Assembly: GCA_951406725.2 (NCBI GenBank)
Contig: OX597841.1
Coordinates: 10,168,001-10,232,000, forward strand
Direction of reading: 5' to 3'
DNA length: 64,000 nt
Source of the DNA: Octopus vulgaris
Taxonomy: Eukaryota
The notes beneath the pieces were generated by a model that saw nothing but the letters and a program-made list of their open reading frames with translations, did not search any database and had not been told where the DNA came from. Numbering within the stretch: position 1 is the stretch's first letter; every line of letters starts with the position of its first letter. Positions 12,247 through 26,340 of the stretch are shown here, piece by piece. Position numbers and translations under genes: made by a program.

Positions 12247-14023
12247 GACTACTCAAGAGCAGGAGAGAAAGCAGTGCCTTCTCCTTTCAAAAGTTTTATT
12301 CTTGACAATGCCCCGTATATCTTAACCCTTGGATTGCGAGATCTGATTCACACCCAGAAAAATGTTGGATTGCAATCATACATGGACGCAGCCAAAACAA
12401 GAATTAATGAACAACACCCGCTTTCCTTATTGTCTAAAGACAAATTCGTTCATATAGATCAGCAATAATAGTTGAAATTTTAAACAAGTTTCGAAGAATA
12501 AATTTAAATCACTCTTTACATCTGACTTATTTCACCCCAAAATGAAAGGTAATGACCCAAGATTCAACAAGATGAACAAATACCCCATGCGCATCAACAT
12601 GGGTGAACTTATCAAGTAGGTACATTGTTTTGTGACCTTGCAGTCCAGTCTTGATTTTACATAGTCTGGGAAAATGGAAACTTCTGTGCTGATATATAAG
12701 CACATGTGGTTCTATGGGAAAGAGAAACCTTCATTGGCGTTGGACATGGCTGCTTCCCCTGTTTAAAATTTTATAACTATTGACTCTTTTTGGAATATAT
12801 TACATGTAGGATTTCCTATTTAAGATATGTGCCACTTGGTTCAAAATTAGATGCCTTATTCGAAAGGCTAATACCTTTCTGTTACTGTTTCAGTCATTGG
12901 ACTGCGCCATACTGGAGCAACACCTTGAAGGTTTTATCGTCGAACAAATCAAATAGTATTTGTTTAAAGACTTTTTTATCGTCTCTTTTGCGAACCACTA
13001 AGTTACAGCGTAAACACACCACACCGGTTGCCAAGCATGGAAACAAACACACGCACGCACAACATAACAAAGAACTTGTTTTATTGAACTCAGTATCTTC
13101 ATTTCTTATCTGTTCAAAATAAAAAGTGTGCGCATGTGTAACAAGATTTATAATTTATGAGAAATTTGTAAACTCTTCTCAGGAACATTCATACGTAGCA
13201 ATGGGATCTTCCCTGTGTTAAATGCTGAAGATATCTCTTTTATCAAAACTAGTTTCCTGTTCCAATTGATAGTAAGAATGATTCATATAAGAATTAGACA
13301 GGTGAATGTAAACTTGTTTCTGTTAGTTTCACATTGGACTGCGGCCATCTAACCACCTTGAAGTGGTTTTTGTCAACAAATAATCCGACAGGTCAACTTG
13401 TACTCATCCCTGTTTGAGTCCCCCAGAACGAAACGCACCAACACCTCAAGCATGACAACGGTACACACCAGACACGCGTCCATTTATATAATACATTCCA
13501 TTTTGTGGGGAGATTAATGATTCTTCAGTAACTCGAAGTGAACAAAAGTTCACAACAGATTCCTTGTCTTAATTATTCAGTCCAGTGGAACCAGTTGGAC
13601 AAAAAACTAAAACCATGCAGTTTATTTTCATGATTTACTTCTGATGTAAACTAGGTTTTCCACGTCTAACCTATTTTGATTTTTTTTGAGATCGTTAACA
13701 CAGGTAGCCTGCCCTGTTGTACCAATTAAGTCATACCTGACAGTGGCAATGCTTCCACTGCATGTGACGGTGAATGGGATCAATGTCGTGCATTTTATAT
13801 AATACCTTGTCGAGTGAGAGGCCGTCTTGTCATCGTATATTCCCACCATCAACCCAGTCTCTTGTCTGATTATCTTGCCAGTGAACCGGACAAGAACGTG
13901 GAGAACAGTGGGTGAAAGTGTTGTATACAACGTGTTGCCTTCTGTGCGTCAATCTTTTCATGCACAGGTACAATGTCTATATCCATTACAATGAGACCCG
14001 CTTCACTGCTTTGGGATACATAC

Positions 14024-14075
<52 letters not shown>

Positions 14076-14077
<2 letters not shown>

Positions 14078-14105
14078 TAGCAGCTAAGCCCGGTTTCACC
14101 CGGTC
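14076..14105 (-). mobile_element. Helitron-type 3' terminus remnant
   Basis: Minus strand GACCGGGTGAAACCGGGCTTAGCTGCTAGT: a GC-rich hairpin about 10 nt before CTAG, embedded in (TA)n. Confidence 0.5.
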
Positions 14106-14124
14106 GGTATAATATAATATATAT

Positions 14125-14186
<62 letters not shown>

Positions 14187-14563
14187 CCGGATGATGTGGT
14201 TGTAAAACCTGCTCTGTGTAAGCATTCGACTTGCTTGGGCACGCTTACGTTAAAAAATCAATTTTAAAATGACTTTTTTCTGCCAAACACTAAAACTAAT
14301 TGACCAACAAACCAACAAAAAAAAAAAGAAGCAACCAAGATTCAACCAAATCAAAAAAAAAAATAAACCCAAATACTAAGCGAGCAAAGATGAACCACCC
14401 CACTTCCACTGCGCGCGCACACGCACACACACACAGAGTATGAAATAATAAAAGTCTAAGTAAATACATTAGAAAGAATTGAAATATTGAAATAAAAGAA
14501 TTTCACTCAACCTGGTGATTCTATTAACAGTACTGTGAAACGACTTTTAATTTCTTTTTAAAG

Positions 14564-14676
14564 ATCCTTGTCCTGACCTTAACAAGAACTGCAAAATGTG
14601 GGCAGATATGGGAGAATGCAACAACAACCCAAATTATATGAGAACGAACTGCAGGAAATCCTGTAGATCTTGCTGA
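14564..14676 (+). CDS. Terminal exon encoding an ShKT (ShK toxin-like) domain, most likely the 3' end of the CAP gene
   Basis: TTTCTTTTTAAAG acceptor, phase 1. Encodes (D)PCPDLNKNCKMWADMGECNNNPNYMRTNCRKSCRSC-stop with six Cys in canonical ShKT spacing. Not in the ORF track because it is short. Confidence 0.88.
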
Positions 14677-14806
14677 AACAGAAGCGACATTGACGGTCTT
14701 TGGGTAGGAAAGAAGAATCTAAGCCCTTCACTCGCAGAGTAGATTTTTTAAAATTTGTAACACTGGTTGCAAATACTTAGCCAAAGGAAATCTTCTGTAA
14801 GATGTT

Positions 14807-14812
14807 AATAAA
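14807..14812 (+). terminator. Candidate polyadenylation signal of the CAP-ShKT gene
   Basis: AATAAA 130 nt after the ShKT stop codon, followed by a GT/T-rich tract at ~14841-14870. Confidence 0.6.
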
Positions 14813-15022
14813 CAATCGTCTAATTGGACACTGAATACTAATTTTTGTTATTGTTGTTGTTGTTGTTGTTTAATCCCCACCCCCAGGCATTCTTGATTGA
14901 GCAGAAGTGGTCAAGGACTCTGAACCACTGCGTGAATGCGGTCAGCTAAAGCTCAATCCTGTGGAAGTAGATCAAGCAATACCTTGTGAGTGTAATTCGT
15001 TGACACATACGCACACGCACAC

Positions 15023-15102
<80 letters not shown>

Positions 15103-15109
15103 GAGGGCG

Positions 15110-18100
15110 CCTCCATTGAGGAGGGTGCCGGTTTCCAACAAAGATACAAAGCTCAATTTTTGGGATGTATTAACACAGACAAATTCACATTTGGAACTTG
15201 AGAAAAGTCTTGCATATTTTTACTGTTCCACTCACAGATTGCACTTGTCATACGAATTAGCCGATCGATTTCTCTTTCTGAAAATCCCAGTTTATCCAGA
15301 TTCTCCTTTAACAAAACCTAGTGCTCCAATTGTTATTGGTATGAATATGAATTCATAATCTGGACATAGAATGTGGAGGTTTCGAATCAGTCGTCCTTAG
15401 ATATCCTATTTTCCTTTGATTTTCAAAGAGATATTTATATCTGCAGGCCATTTAACCCCTATGATGGTACATACCTTTGCCCCTCTGTTCCAAACAACAA
15501 TATCCGTCTATATTCGACAGAAGTTTTGATGGGAATATTCCACCAATGTTCCTTGAATTGGTGTATTCCATAACAGGGAAATTTATTTCAAGACAGTCTT
15601 CCTCGCAGATGGCGCTGTAAATTGTTTTAGCAACAACATCGTGCTGCATAGGGAGGAAGTACCGTGATGACATTTTAGGACAGCTGCTAATCACATTCGT
15701 GACGTCTTCCACAAAATCATGACATAGCCTACACATGCGGTTGCAGCTTGGGATTACAAGAGCGTCACTAACTCTCTTGTTCACCAGGTATTTTCTGGCA
15801 ATCTCCTGTCCCTGGATTGCAAACGCATAGCCTTCAAAGTGTGATGTGATGTAGAGGTCTTGTGTCCAAGAGAGGCTGAGCTTCATGTCAATTCTATTGT
15901 CTTCTTCAAGCTTCCGGGCATAGTCTTTTTTGACTACTGAATGCTCACCATCCAGGTCTTTCTGGGGTAAGAGGGCCCTGCTGTTTTGGGCTGTAGAGGA
16001 GATCATCAGGAAGAGAGTGTTTCGTGAGGAGTTCACTGCCAACTCGTACAATATTGCTAACTTTACTTTTCAGCGCTGCATTTATATATTAATTTTTGCT
16101 ACTGTTGTTTAGCAAGTGCTGCCTGAGTAATACCGTACGGTATTCGAAGGCCGTCTGCACTGATCTCAGGCCTCTACCGCCTTCATTTCTTCTTAGGTAG
16201 GAGCCTGTCAACATCATTGTTTCTGTGGAAGTTCCTAGTTGTTGCCAGGATTTTGCGGGTTTTGATATCTATGGAGTGGATTTCCTCTACAGAACAATCA
16301 AGTATCCCAAATGTTGGGATCAGCACTGGTACTGCAAATGCATTGTGGGATAATGTTTTGTTGTAAGAGGAGAGTTCCGCTGCCGTATTTTTCTAAGTCT
16401 GGTGGAATATTCCCGGGTCACTCAATTTTCATTCAGTGTGCCTTCATATTATATATTTTCGTCAATGCCTTTGTGTGGAATGGGGGAGATAGAGAGACCG
16501 TTGGTGCACAGGTTTGGGGTTTGGGGGACTGACTTTTCTCATTCTATAACCAAATATGGACATTTCTTTTGGCCAAATTCCATCCCTGTATCAAATGAAA
16601 ATGTTATTAATTCCAACTGTATTTTGGCATTGTTAACACTTTTAGCATAAATCTTGAGGTCGTCTACAAAGGAATCAAGAGTTCCATTGATATTTCTAGC
16701 AGTTGAAGATCCAAGCATGTAACCATTTGTTTTCTGTAGTAGGAACGATAATGGATTCAGTGCCCAAATGTAAAGAAGTACAGAAAAACTATCTCCCTGG
16801 AATATCCCCTTTGAAATGCCTATTCTATCAGAAACAATTATTCTGTTCTCAGTTGTGAGGGTAAGAATTGTCGTCCATGTCTTTGTGAGTCTCTCTATAG
16901 CAGCAATTAAGGTAGTGGGTACCTTTACCAGATGAAGGCACTTCAACAGCCATGAATGAGGGATGGAGTCGAATGCCTTTGTAAGGATGCGAGGTGACGA
17001 GAATGGCTGTTTAGTACATCAGACGGTCGATACAATAAATCTAAAATGAATGGTACATATAAATGCCTGAGAGAAAAGGGAGACACAACCGGGTAGAATG
17101 ATTAGGAGAAGATTTATTCATATGTAAGCATGTGTGTTACACATTCATATCTATGTGTTTACGTATGCCAAACTACATCCCCACTACGCTGAATGTCGAG
17201 TCCGTGTATCATGAGAAGTCAATAAACACGTAAACAATAACAATGGTTTTCATTTGGTTGTCTATCCCATTAGAACCCAAACTACGCATAACAATGTGTG
17301 ACTGTGTGAACATCATGTACACCAAATAATAGACAGGCCGTCACGAGAACAAAGTGTATGTGTGTGCGTGTGTAAGCATAGATGTGTGCGCGTGTTAATA
17401 TATAAGAATGGCAATGAAAAAGACAGTGAAAGAGTGTATAAGCATCGAAGTGAGAAGTTCATAGACACAAGAATGAGAATAGCAGTTCGTAGTGAATTGT
17501 ACACGGTAGTTGAAATACTGTATGAAGAAGTGGCAGCCATTATGCTGAGCTGTTTACAGGTCGTAGGTGATGTTGCCGTCTGGGTGATTGGTAGAGGAGT
17601 TCTTGCAGGTTGGATATTCGCTGTTGATCCATGGCGAAGTGATTCACGAACAGTGGAGTGTTGGGATCTGGGCGAGTTGTTGGTTGGGATGTGTTCGTAG
17701 AGATGATGTTGACGACGTTGAAGATGATGGTGGCGACAAAGATTGAGGCTGCCGTAAGGCTGTTGGACGAAGAGAAGTTGGAGTTTTATAAGGAGCTGTA
17801 GGCTCAAAATTGGGTTGAGAACAAGCTGTCTCACGTGATTTTATTTAGAGGCTCCGATTGGTTATACGCGGCTAATTGGAGCGACAGAGTAAGAGACAAA
17901 TTGCGTCAATACCAACCAATCAAAGTAGTGGACACAACGGGGTCCAAGTAGCGGCCAACGGTTAGCTGTTCCCTGCTACGTTCGAATGCATGTATATATA
18001 ATAAAAGGAGAAAGGAATTTCACTCGTGTGTGTACGCTACACCTTCTTATAGTCAAGCCATACTGGCACAAGGTTTCTAAGTTGTTTTCTTACCTCAGAT

Positions 18101-19000
18101 AATACAGTTTTGTTTATTAAAATGTGTTCGGCCTAGCCCCACACTCCCTTCTTCTCACCAGTCTGTTCATCAGTCACAATGTTGTTCGACTCCCATTGGC
18201 CCTGGAGGAATTTGTTGAGCCAACCTGTGTACAGTTTGTACATAATATTTAAGCAAGCAATGGGCCTATAGTTTCCTGCCATCTCAGTGATTTCATTTTT
18301 GGCAACAAGATCTGTCCATGCTGTAGCAAACCAATTTAGTCTATCAGTCTGACCTTTCAGAGTCCTTTTGAACGTATTTATCAATTGGTTTCTATACAAT
18401 GTCAGCTTTTTGTACCGATCTCCAACTATTAGGTCCCTTCCAGGTGCAGTTTGCCTGCTGCTGTAGCGAAGATATCTCCATCAATGTTGTATGTTTTACT
18501 GATGGTGTTGATATAATATTCTCTCTCGGTTGTATTGAACCATGATACATTCAGTTTGAAATTCCTCTTTTCGTTCCAGATTTTGTACCAGAATGATTGT
18601 AGGTCTTCTTGGGAGGGAACTTTCTTAATGGAAATGTTCTCCTTCCTCATCTCTCTGTAAAATGCTCGTGGGTTGGAAGCAAACCTGCGATTAAAACTGG
18701 CTCGTTCAAAAATTCGCATGCGATAGCGGAGTTTCTCGCTCATTGCCCTGAGTTCATGTTTTAAAGTGATTAGCTTTGCCTGAAGAGCTCGGTGTGAAGA
18801 GTTGCCATAATGTTTCGTTAATTTTTGTCAAAGGTAGAGTTGGTGAGGTGTAAACTCATTCTTCTCCTTACATTTTTATTGTTGTAGCTAACCATCCAAC
18901 ATGGCGGTGCGCGTGGTTGATGTTCTCTTCAAGTTTTGGTTTCCATCGAGGTTGTTTCCGTTTAGTAATTTCGTTACTTTGTTCAATGTAGACTTCTCCT
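15110..19000 (-). mobile_element. Degenerate R4/Dong-clade non-LTR retrotransposon (RT + CCHC + restriction-like endonuclease), 5'-truncated
   Basis: Minus-strand motifs in order: NYRPIACLNIMYKLYTG, WLDYKK/AFDSIPHSWL, GIFQGDSFS, FVDDLKIYA, GMEFGQKKC, CRLC...SSC...QHD, a DIVVW...CTII endonuclease-like motif and PITIGALG. Many stops and frameshifts; interrupted at 16980-18041. Confidence 0.85.
16980..18041 (-). mobile_element. Solo LTR (Gypsy-like) inserted into the R4/Dong RT
   Basis: 1062 bp with TGTA...TACA ends and a 4-bp target-site duplication CCTT (16976-16979 and 18042-18045). Removing it restores DYKKAFDS. Minus-strand TATAAAA (17784-17790), CCAAT boxes and AATAAA (17113-17118). Confidence 0.85.
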
Positions 19001-19009
19001 AGGTATGCT

Positions 19010-19620
19010 TGTATGTATGTATGTGTGTATGTATGTATGTATGTATGTATGTATGTGTGTATGTATGTATGTATGTATGTGTGTGTGTATGTATGTATGT
19101 ATGTGTGTATGTATGTATGTATGTATATGTGTATGTATGTATGTGTGTGTGTGTATGTATGTATGCATGTAGATATCTATGTGTGTGTGTATGTATTTTT
19201 GTGTGTGTATGTATGTATGTATGTATGTATGTATGTGTGTATATATATGTATGTATGTGTGTGTGTATGTATGTATGTATGTGTGTGTGTGTATGTATGT
19301 ATGTATGTATGTATGTGTGTATGTATGTGTGTGTGTATGTATGCATGTATGTATGTATGTATGTATGTATGTATGTATGTATATGTGTATGTATGTATGT
19401 GTGTGTGTATGTATGTATGTATGTATGTATGTATGTATGTATGTATGTATGTATGTATGTATGTGTGTGTGTATGTATGTATGTATGTGTGTATGTGTAT
19501 ATGTATGTATGTATGTATGTATATGTGTATGTATGTATGTGTGTGTGTGTATGTATGTAAGTATCTATGTGTGTGTGTGCGTCTATGAATGTATGTATAT
19601 GTGCATGTATGTGTAAGTGT
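19010..19620. repeat. (TATG)n/(TG)n compound microsatellite
   Basis: Direct reading. Confidence 0.95.
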
Positions 19621-20084
19621 GTGTGTACGTCTGATTGCAAGTATGTATGTATTCTCCATGTTCATGTGTTTGTATATTCATGTTTGTGTGCTTGTATGTG
19701 TGCATGAGTGCGCACGCGCACGCGCACACACACTCATACGAACACACAAATATACACACGTACAAATACACAAACATGCAGAATACATACATACTTGCAA
19801 AAGCACATAAACGCTTACATATACACATACATGCACACACGCACATGCATATATACATGCATATGTGTATACACGTGCACACTGACACACACACATGCAC
19901 ACAAACAAACAAACAAAAAGAACACAGCTCCAACAACGGACAGAGTCAACGACCAATGAATAGGTTGCAGGACACCACGAAGATTTTAGAAAAATAACAA
20001 AGGAAATGAGTGGAAATCGAACCAGTGCGTGTGTTAAGTTAATAAGAAACTAAAAGAGAATGACTTTCTCCAGACGCAACAATG

Positions 20085-20164
<80 letters not shown>

Positions 20165-20799
20165 CATAATTAAATCTCAGAATGAGATTGAAACAGTAAT
20201 CGCTCGATAATGTAAAGTATAGAAGCCATCTTATCATGGCTAACCACATTGGGGAGGGGGTGTTACTGTAGCTTTATAGCCCCAAGAGATCTTCGTCTCT
20301 AGGTGGCTTTAGACACAATATCAGTGCGCTTGGAGTATTTGCAAAGGGAGGCCCTTGGAGTATTTGCAAAGGGTGTGCTTACGTCCTCGTAACTTAGTGG
20401 TTCGGCAAAAGAGATCGATAGAATAAGTACTAGGCTTAGAAAGAATAAGTCCTGGGGTCGATTTGCTCGACTAAAGACGGTGCTCCAGCATGGCCGCAAT
20501 CAAATGACTGAAACAAGTAAAAAAAAAAGATACATAGATACATTATCGTTCACATAGCATTATATATATATATATATATACTCTTTTACTTGTTTCAAGT
20601 CATTTGACTGCGGCCATGCTGGAGCACCACCTTTTAGTCGAGCAAATCGACCCCAGGACTTATTCTTTGTAAGCCTAGTACTTATTCTATCGGTCTCTTT
20701 TGCCAAACCGCCAAGTTACGGCGATGTAAACACCAGCATCGGTTGTCAAGCGATGTTGGGGGGGGACAAACACAGACACACAAACACGCACACACACAC

Positions 20800-20830
<31 letters not shown>

Positions 20831-20990
20831 CGACGGGCTTCTTTCAGTTTCCGTCTACCAAATCCACTCACAGGGCTTTGGTCGGCCCGGGGATGTAGTA
20901 GAAGACACTTACCCAAGGTGCCACGCAGTGAGAACGAACCCGGAACCATGTGGGTGGTAAGCAAGCTACTTACCACACACCCACTCCTGC

Positions 20991-21024
<34 letters not shown>

Positions 21025-21052
21025 AAAACAAAAGTGTTTAATACTTTACTTC

Positions 21053-21102
<50 letters not shown>

Positions 21103-21838
21103 AACTCATTTTTATTAAAATATCCAGGTGTTCAAAAAGCAGAACCTTTGACCCTCATCCACTCCATTCGTTGTTTTACTCTTTCCCAATACATTTCTTC
21201 TTATACGTAACTTAATAGGATTTCTTTAATATCGAATGGCTACGGGATTCCAATAGAGTAAAATATAAATCAAAGGGGCCCTTAAGTGAAAAAAAAAAGA
21301 GGGGCTGAGAAACATTGAGGGTGAAAATGTTTCCTTTATCAATATTTTCTCTCTCCTTCTAATGTGATATAAAAAAATCTAAACACCTAATATTGGATGC
21401 TATGACTTTGTTGATAATAAGTTTCTCCACCTTTTGTAAAGTGTCCTTCATTTTAAAAGACGATAGTGTTATTTGTCTACTATTTCTAGCGCATCAATGA
21501 AGCAGGAACAGCAAACTTACCTCCTTAAAATTATGAAAATCCAACAAGAGTTATGTCCCATTGGACCTAGGTTAAAAAAAGTCTCTTACACATGAGTGTG
21601 TGTGTGTGCGTACATATGCATGTGTGAGTGTGTGTGCTTCTGTATATGTGTATGTCTGTGTGTTTGTGTGTATGTGAGCATGTGTCTGTATGTGTATCTG
21701 TGCGTGTGTGTATCTATATGTATACGTGTTTACGTGCGCGTGTATGTGTGTATGTGTGTGTGTGTGCACGCGCGTATGTGTGTGCGTATCTGAGAGGAAC
21801 CTTTGTCGGAGGGCAATTGTATAGCCCTAGGCTAGATA

Positions 21839-22018
21839 TGTAAGGAATACGACCGTACGTAAGGTGACAGTAATGTCTCCTTTTAAACGCCGCACGATCG
21901 TCCCACAAAAGAAGCCAGCCAAAATACATGGCATAAAAGAATAAGGGCCAAGAGGAATTAATGCGGACGACAACCGTTCTGCTGTTTGAGAGAAGAAGAC
22001 TTTATTTACGGAAGTGTA

Positions 22019-22076
<58 letters not shown>

Positions 22077-22590
22077 GTGAGTGTTTGTGTGTGTGACTGC
22101 TAGCAGAGTGTAGTGTCTGTGTGCATGCGACAAGTGTTTGTGTCTGTGTGTTCGTGTGTGCGACAGAAGTTCAAACAAGGTGTATGCGGGCAAAACAGAA
22201 TACAGAGCATAGGAAAGAGTCTCTCAGGGTATTTTAGACCAGTTCGTAGTAAGGTACATAATAGCAGTTTGTTCTGTAAGAGGATGTTGGGGTCACAAGG
22301 CAGAATGCCGGTTGAACACATAGTCGTGTAGCGGTTGGGGCTTCGATGCCGTGCCAAGTCCCTTGATACAGGAATTCTCGCAGGTAATGCTGTGTTGTTT
22401 ACCTCGGTGAATATCACAACAGGAAGAAAGCTAAACCTGAGCGAGTGCTGTGTACGTATTGTTGAAGTCGACGGAGATGGAGACGACGTAGAGTTGAAGG
22501 ACGACGATGGTGATGACAGAGAAAAGCGTCGTCGAAATGAAGGTGTTGGTGGTGGAAAGATCCTGCTTTGCATGTTGACTGTCGCTCGAG
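21839..22590 (-). mobile_element. Possible partial LTR related to the 16980-18041 solo LTR
   Basis: Begins TGTAAGGA like 16980 and shares AGAAGA..TTTATT and CAGTTCGTAGT motifs. The other end is not seen; it abuts the Penelope remnant. Confidence 0.35.
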
Positions 22591-22602
22591 CTGGTGAAAT
22601 TA

Positions 22603-24362
22603 ACTTACTATGAGACATTAACACATTACAACCCACAGAAAACACTGAAAAACTTATCCCCCTTGCTCCAAATTCATGGAAAGGGTCTCACTAAACTTGA
22701 AATAGACTATTTATCCAATTTTAAATACAGTCCTAGTCTATTCTACCGATTACCCAAAATACATAAAAATCCACACATTTGTGAAGCCTGTAAAGTCTCT
22801 ACAAGCCTATGCATTAATGTCCCTCCCCTACAGACCTCAAACTGAAGCTGGCCCTTCTTGTGAAACCCACCATTTGAACAACTTCCTCGACATATTACTC
22901 AAACCTTTTTAAAATTATGTGAAAAGCTTTATCAGGGATGACCTAGACATGCTGAACCACCTCCCGAAGACAGTAAAGGAAGGAACCCTGCTGGTATCTT
23001 TCGATGTGGTGAATCTGTACACCAATATCCCACACGACTATGGTATTGAAGCAATCACTTTCTGGCTAGAAAATACCCAGAAGAGATCCCAGTTTTATAA
23101 TCAAATTCATCCTGCTGAACAATTTTTTCATGTTCGATACAACCTACTATCGACAAAAATGTGGAATCGCAATGGGAACCAGAGCTGCTCCAGTGATTGC
23201 AAACCTTGTAATGGGTAACCTAGAACTCAAGTTATACCAATCATCACTAGAAAAATATGGTGCCTCTTTTAATTGCTATTTAAAGGAAAACTGGAAGAGA
23301 TATTTGGATGATTGCTTCATACTTTGGAAAGACAGCATGGACAAACTCCTTGATTTCAAATTAATGCTTAACAACATACACAGCAATATGCAATTCACTA
23401 TGGAACACAACAGTAAACAACTCCCTTTTCTAGACATCTTAATTAAAATAGTTAACAACCGCATAGAAACAGATATCATTTATAAACCCACAGATTCTAA
23501 ACAATACCTATTATTTAACTCTTGCCACCCCAAACACACAAAAATTAATATACCTTTTAATCTAGCGAAAAGAATCTGTACCATAGTTTTGGATACATAT
23601 ACTCGTGAACAAAGACTCCTTGAACTTAGATCAACACTAACTAAAAGACATAACCCAATCTCATTAATAAATGAAAACATCAAAAGAGCTAAGGAAATAG
23701 ATATACAAATGTTAAGGCAAACCGGCCGAAATACTAAACCAGACTTTAAAATACTCCTGTACATTTCCACACATACCCCTAGAAACAACGAAGCCATCAA
23801 CATTATCACCCAAAATCTTCCCATCCTCACAGCAGACAAAACAATGAGCGAAATTTTAAGCTCTCACAAAATTATAAAAACCAAAAGGCAACCGAAGTAA
23901 CTGAAAAAAAAATTAACCAGCGCAGGACTATATCCACTAACAACAGAGCCAAAAGTTAAAAAATGTGGTTGTCCTAACTGTGGAACATGCCCCCACACTT
24001 TGGGGGTTTCAGAATTTCACTACAAACAAGGAAAAATATTTAAGATCAAATCAAATTTCACCTGCGCCTCGGAAAATCTAATCTATGTCATGACATGCTT
24101 AGGATGTGGTAACCACTATATTGGACAAACAGGAATATCACTCCGTCGAAGAACCACCATCGACAAAGAGCAAATCTGCCACCCACAATACAGACAGTTA
24201 CAGGTTAGTGAACACATAGAAAGGTGCGCCAGGAATCTTAATCCCAATTTCCAAATATTCCCCTTCTATCAATGTTCACAGAACATCACAATGCAACAAA
24301 GGCTGAATAAAGAGGGAATTTTCATCAACAAATATCTTCCCCAACTAAATATGAACACATAA
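22603..24362 (+). mobile_element. Penelope-like retroelement (RT + GIY-YIG endonuclease), Neptune-type, degenerate
   Basis: Motifs FYRLPKIHK, SFDVVNLYTNIP, YRQKCGIAMGT, RYLDD, LPFLD, YKPTD..QYL..NSCHP; Cys-rich linker KCGCPNCGTC; NLIY..TC..C...YIGQT...LRRR (GIY-YIG). Frameshifts and a stop at 23898-23900. Confidence 0.9.
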
Positions 24363-26305
24363 TATAATACAGAACACCACTAACCCAACGGGGGCTCGAT
24401 TTTGCGATCGGCAAGATCCTTTCAGTTGATGTGTCTGAAGAATGGGTGTTGCTGTAGAAGAAGATGGGAAGAGAAACGATGAGAGGGCAGAGAAAAGAGA
24501 GAGAGGGAGAGAGAGAGTCATGTAACAAAGCCATACCATCACTGTAACAATACCATACCCTCAGCATACCATTTGCATACCATAAACACATCACATACCA
24601 TCACCTTCTCTCTCTCTCTCCATACTGCCTCGTACTACCACCTTACTTTCAGCCATCCACCCACCTCCAATCACCATACCATCCAGTGATACACAATCAT
24701 GTTATCACTTCCATACCATCACCATACCATTAGCTGGTACCTGGCTATTAATGTCATCACAAACCTTACAGTCATATTGTAGAGCTATATATGTGTGTGT
24801 GTGTGTGTGTGTCCTTTGTCTGTAGAATAGTGAATAAAAAGTAGAGAGAGAAAGAAAAATGAGAGGAAGAGAGAGAGAGAGAGAGAGCACACACCACACA
24901 CACGCCTTGGATAGGAAAGCAGACATAGGACAGTAACGTTCCAAGGTGACCTTGTGCATCACTCAACAACAATACCAATTTCAGCAGAAAAATTGAGGAA
25001 AGGCGTGATGAAGCGAAGTGAAGTAAAATCTACCTCCTGGAAGGAACGTCAGTCCCTCTCAGCCTATCGACAGCATCTAATGCACGTAGAAGCAGAGGCA
25101 AGCATGAACATAGAAACACAGATTAGAAAAGGCACTTGTGTATGCATATATGACAGAGCACAGGTTTTGGGCCGAAGCAATGCAGCATAAGGAATGGTTT
25201 GCTTCTGGAAGATCTTTACAATGCAATACAAGAAATGAGAAGCCAGAGATTTCTCTCTCTCTCTCTGTTTTCCTCTCTCTCAATAACCTTTTAAGAAATA
25301 CATTTTCTGCATTGTAACAAGCTTAGCAAACACCTGTGTGTGTGTGTAATTAACATGAAGTCATTATTTTTAAGCAAGATAAAGAATGACAACAGAACAG
25401 TGACTGGTTGATGAAACGAAGTTGCAGTCAACATGAATTCTACAATATCTAACAAAGCTATCCACACACACACATTTATTTGATTGTTTCACAAGATTCC
25501 TGATGTGAAATTGTGTGTTGAAACAGACATTGTTATCCTTGGGGATGGTCATATGTTTGCCAATTAACCAAACGCACTCTTCCCATCATTCTTATTATTT
25601 TCCATCTCAGCTCTTTCCTCACACATCCTGTGACCTCTTCAGTCACTCTCCATCCCATGTGTCTCCTCTTAAAATATTAATAAGCTCAACTGAAAACCAA
25701 ATTGGCAAAATACGACCATTCCCAAGTATATATATATCATCATCATCATCATTTAGTGTCTGCTTTCCATGCTGGCATGGGTTGGACAACTTGACTGAAA
25801 CTGGTAAACAGGAGGGCTGCACCAGGTTCCAATCTGATTAGGCAGGGTTGCTATGGCTGGATGTCCTTCCTACCTTTTCTCTTATCTTTTACTTCTTTCT
25901 CTCACTTGACCACAGCTAGCACTCATTTTTGTAAAGCCTCCTGTTTATTTTGTCAGTGTCCTTTGCCCCACTGCTAAGTTACATCGATGTAAACACACCA
26001 ACACTGGTTGCCGAGTGGTTGTGGGAGACAAACGCAAAGACATGCACACATAGATATATACACACCTACACAGACACACGTGTGTGTGTGTGTTCTTTTA
26101 CCTGTTTCAGCCATTTGACTGTGGCCATGCTGGAGCAGCACTTTTAGTCAAACAAATCAACTCTAGAACTTATTCTTTGTAAGCCTAGTGCTTATTCTAT
26201 CGGTTGCTTTTGCTGAACCACTAAGTTACAGGGAAGGGCATAAACACACCAACATCAGTTGTCAAGCAGTAGTGGGGTACAAACACAGACACAACACATA
26301 CATAC

Positions 26306-26340
<35 letters not shown>

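Noticed and set aside
24430-24460. CTGAAGA just downstream of the Penelope ORF as a hammerhead
   Set aside because: No matching helix II/GAAA/helix III half follows.
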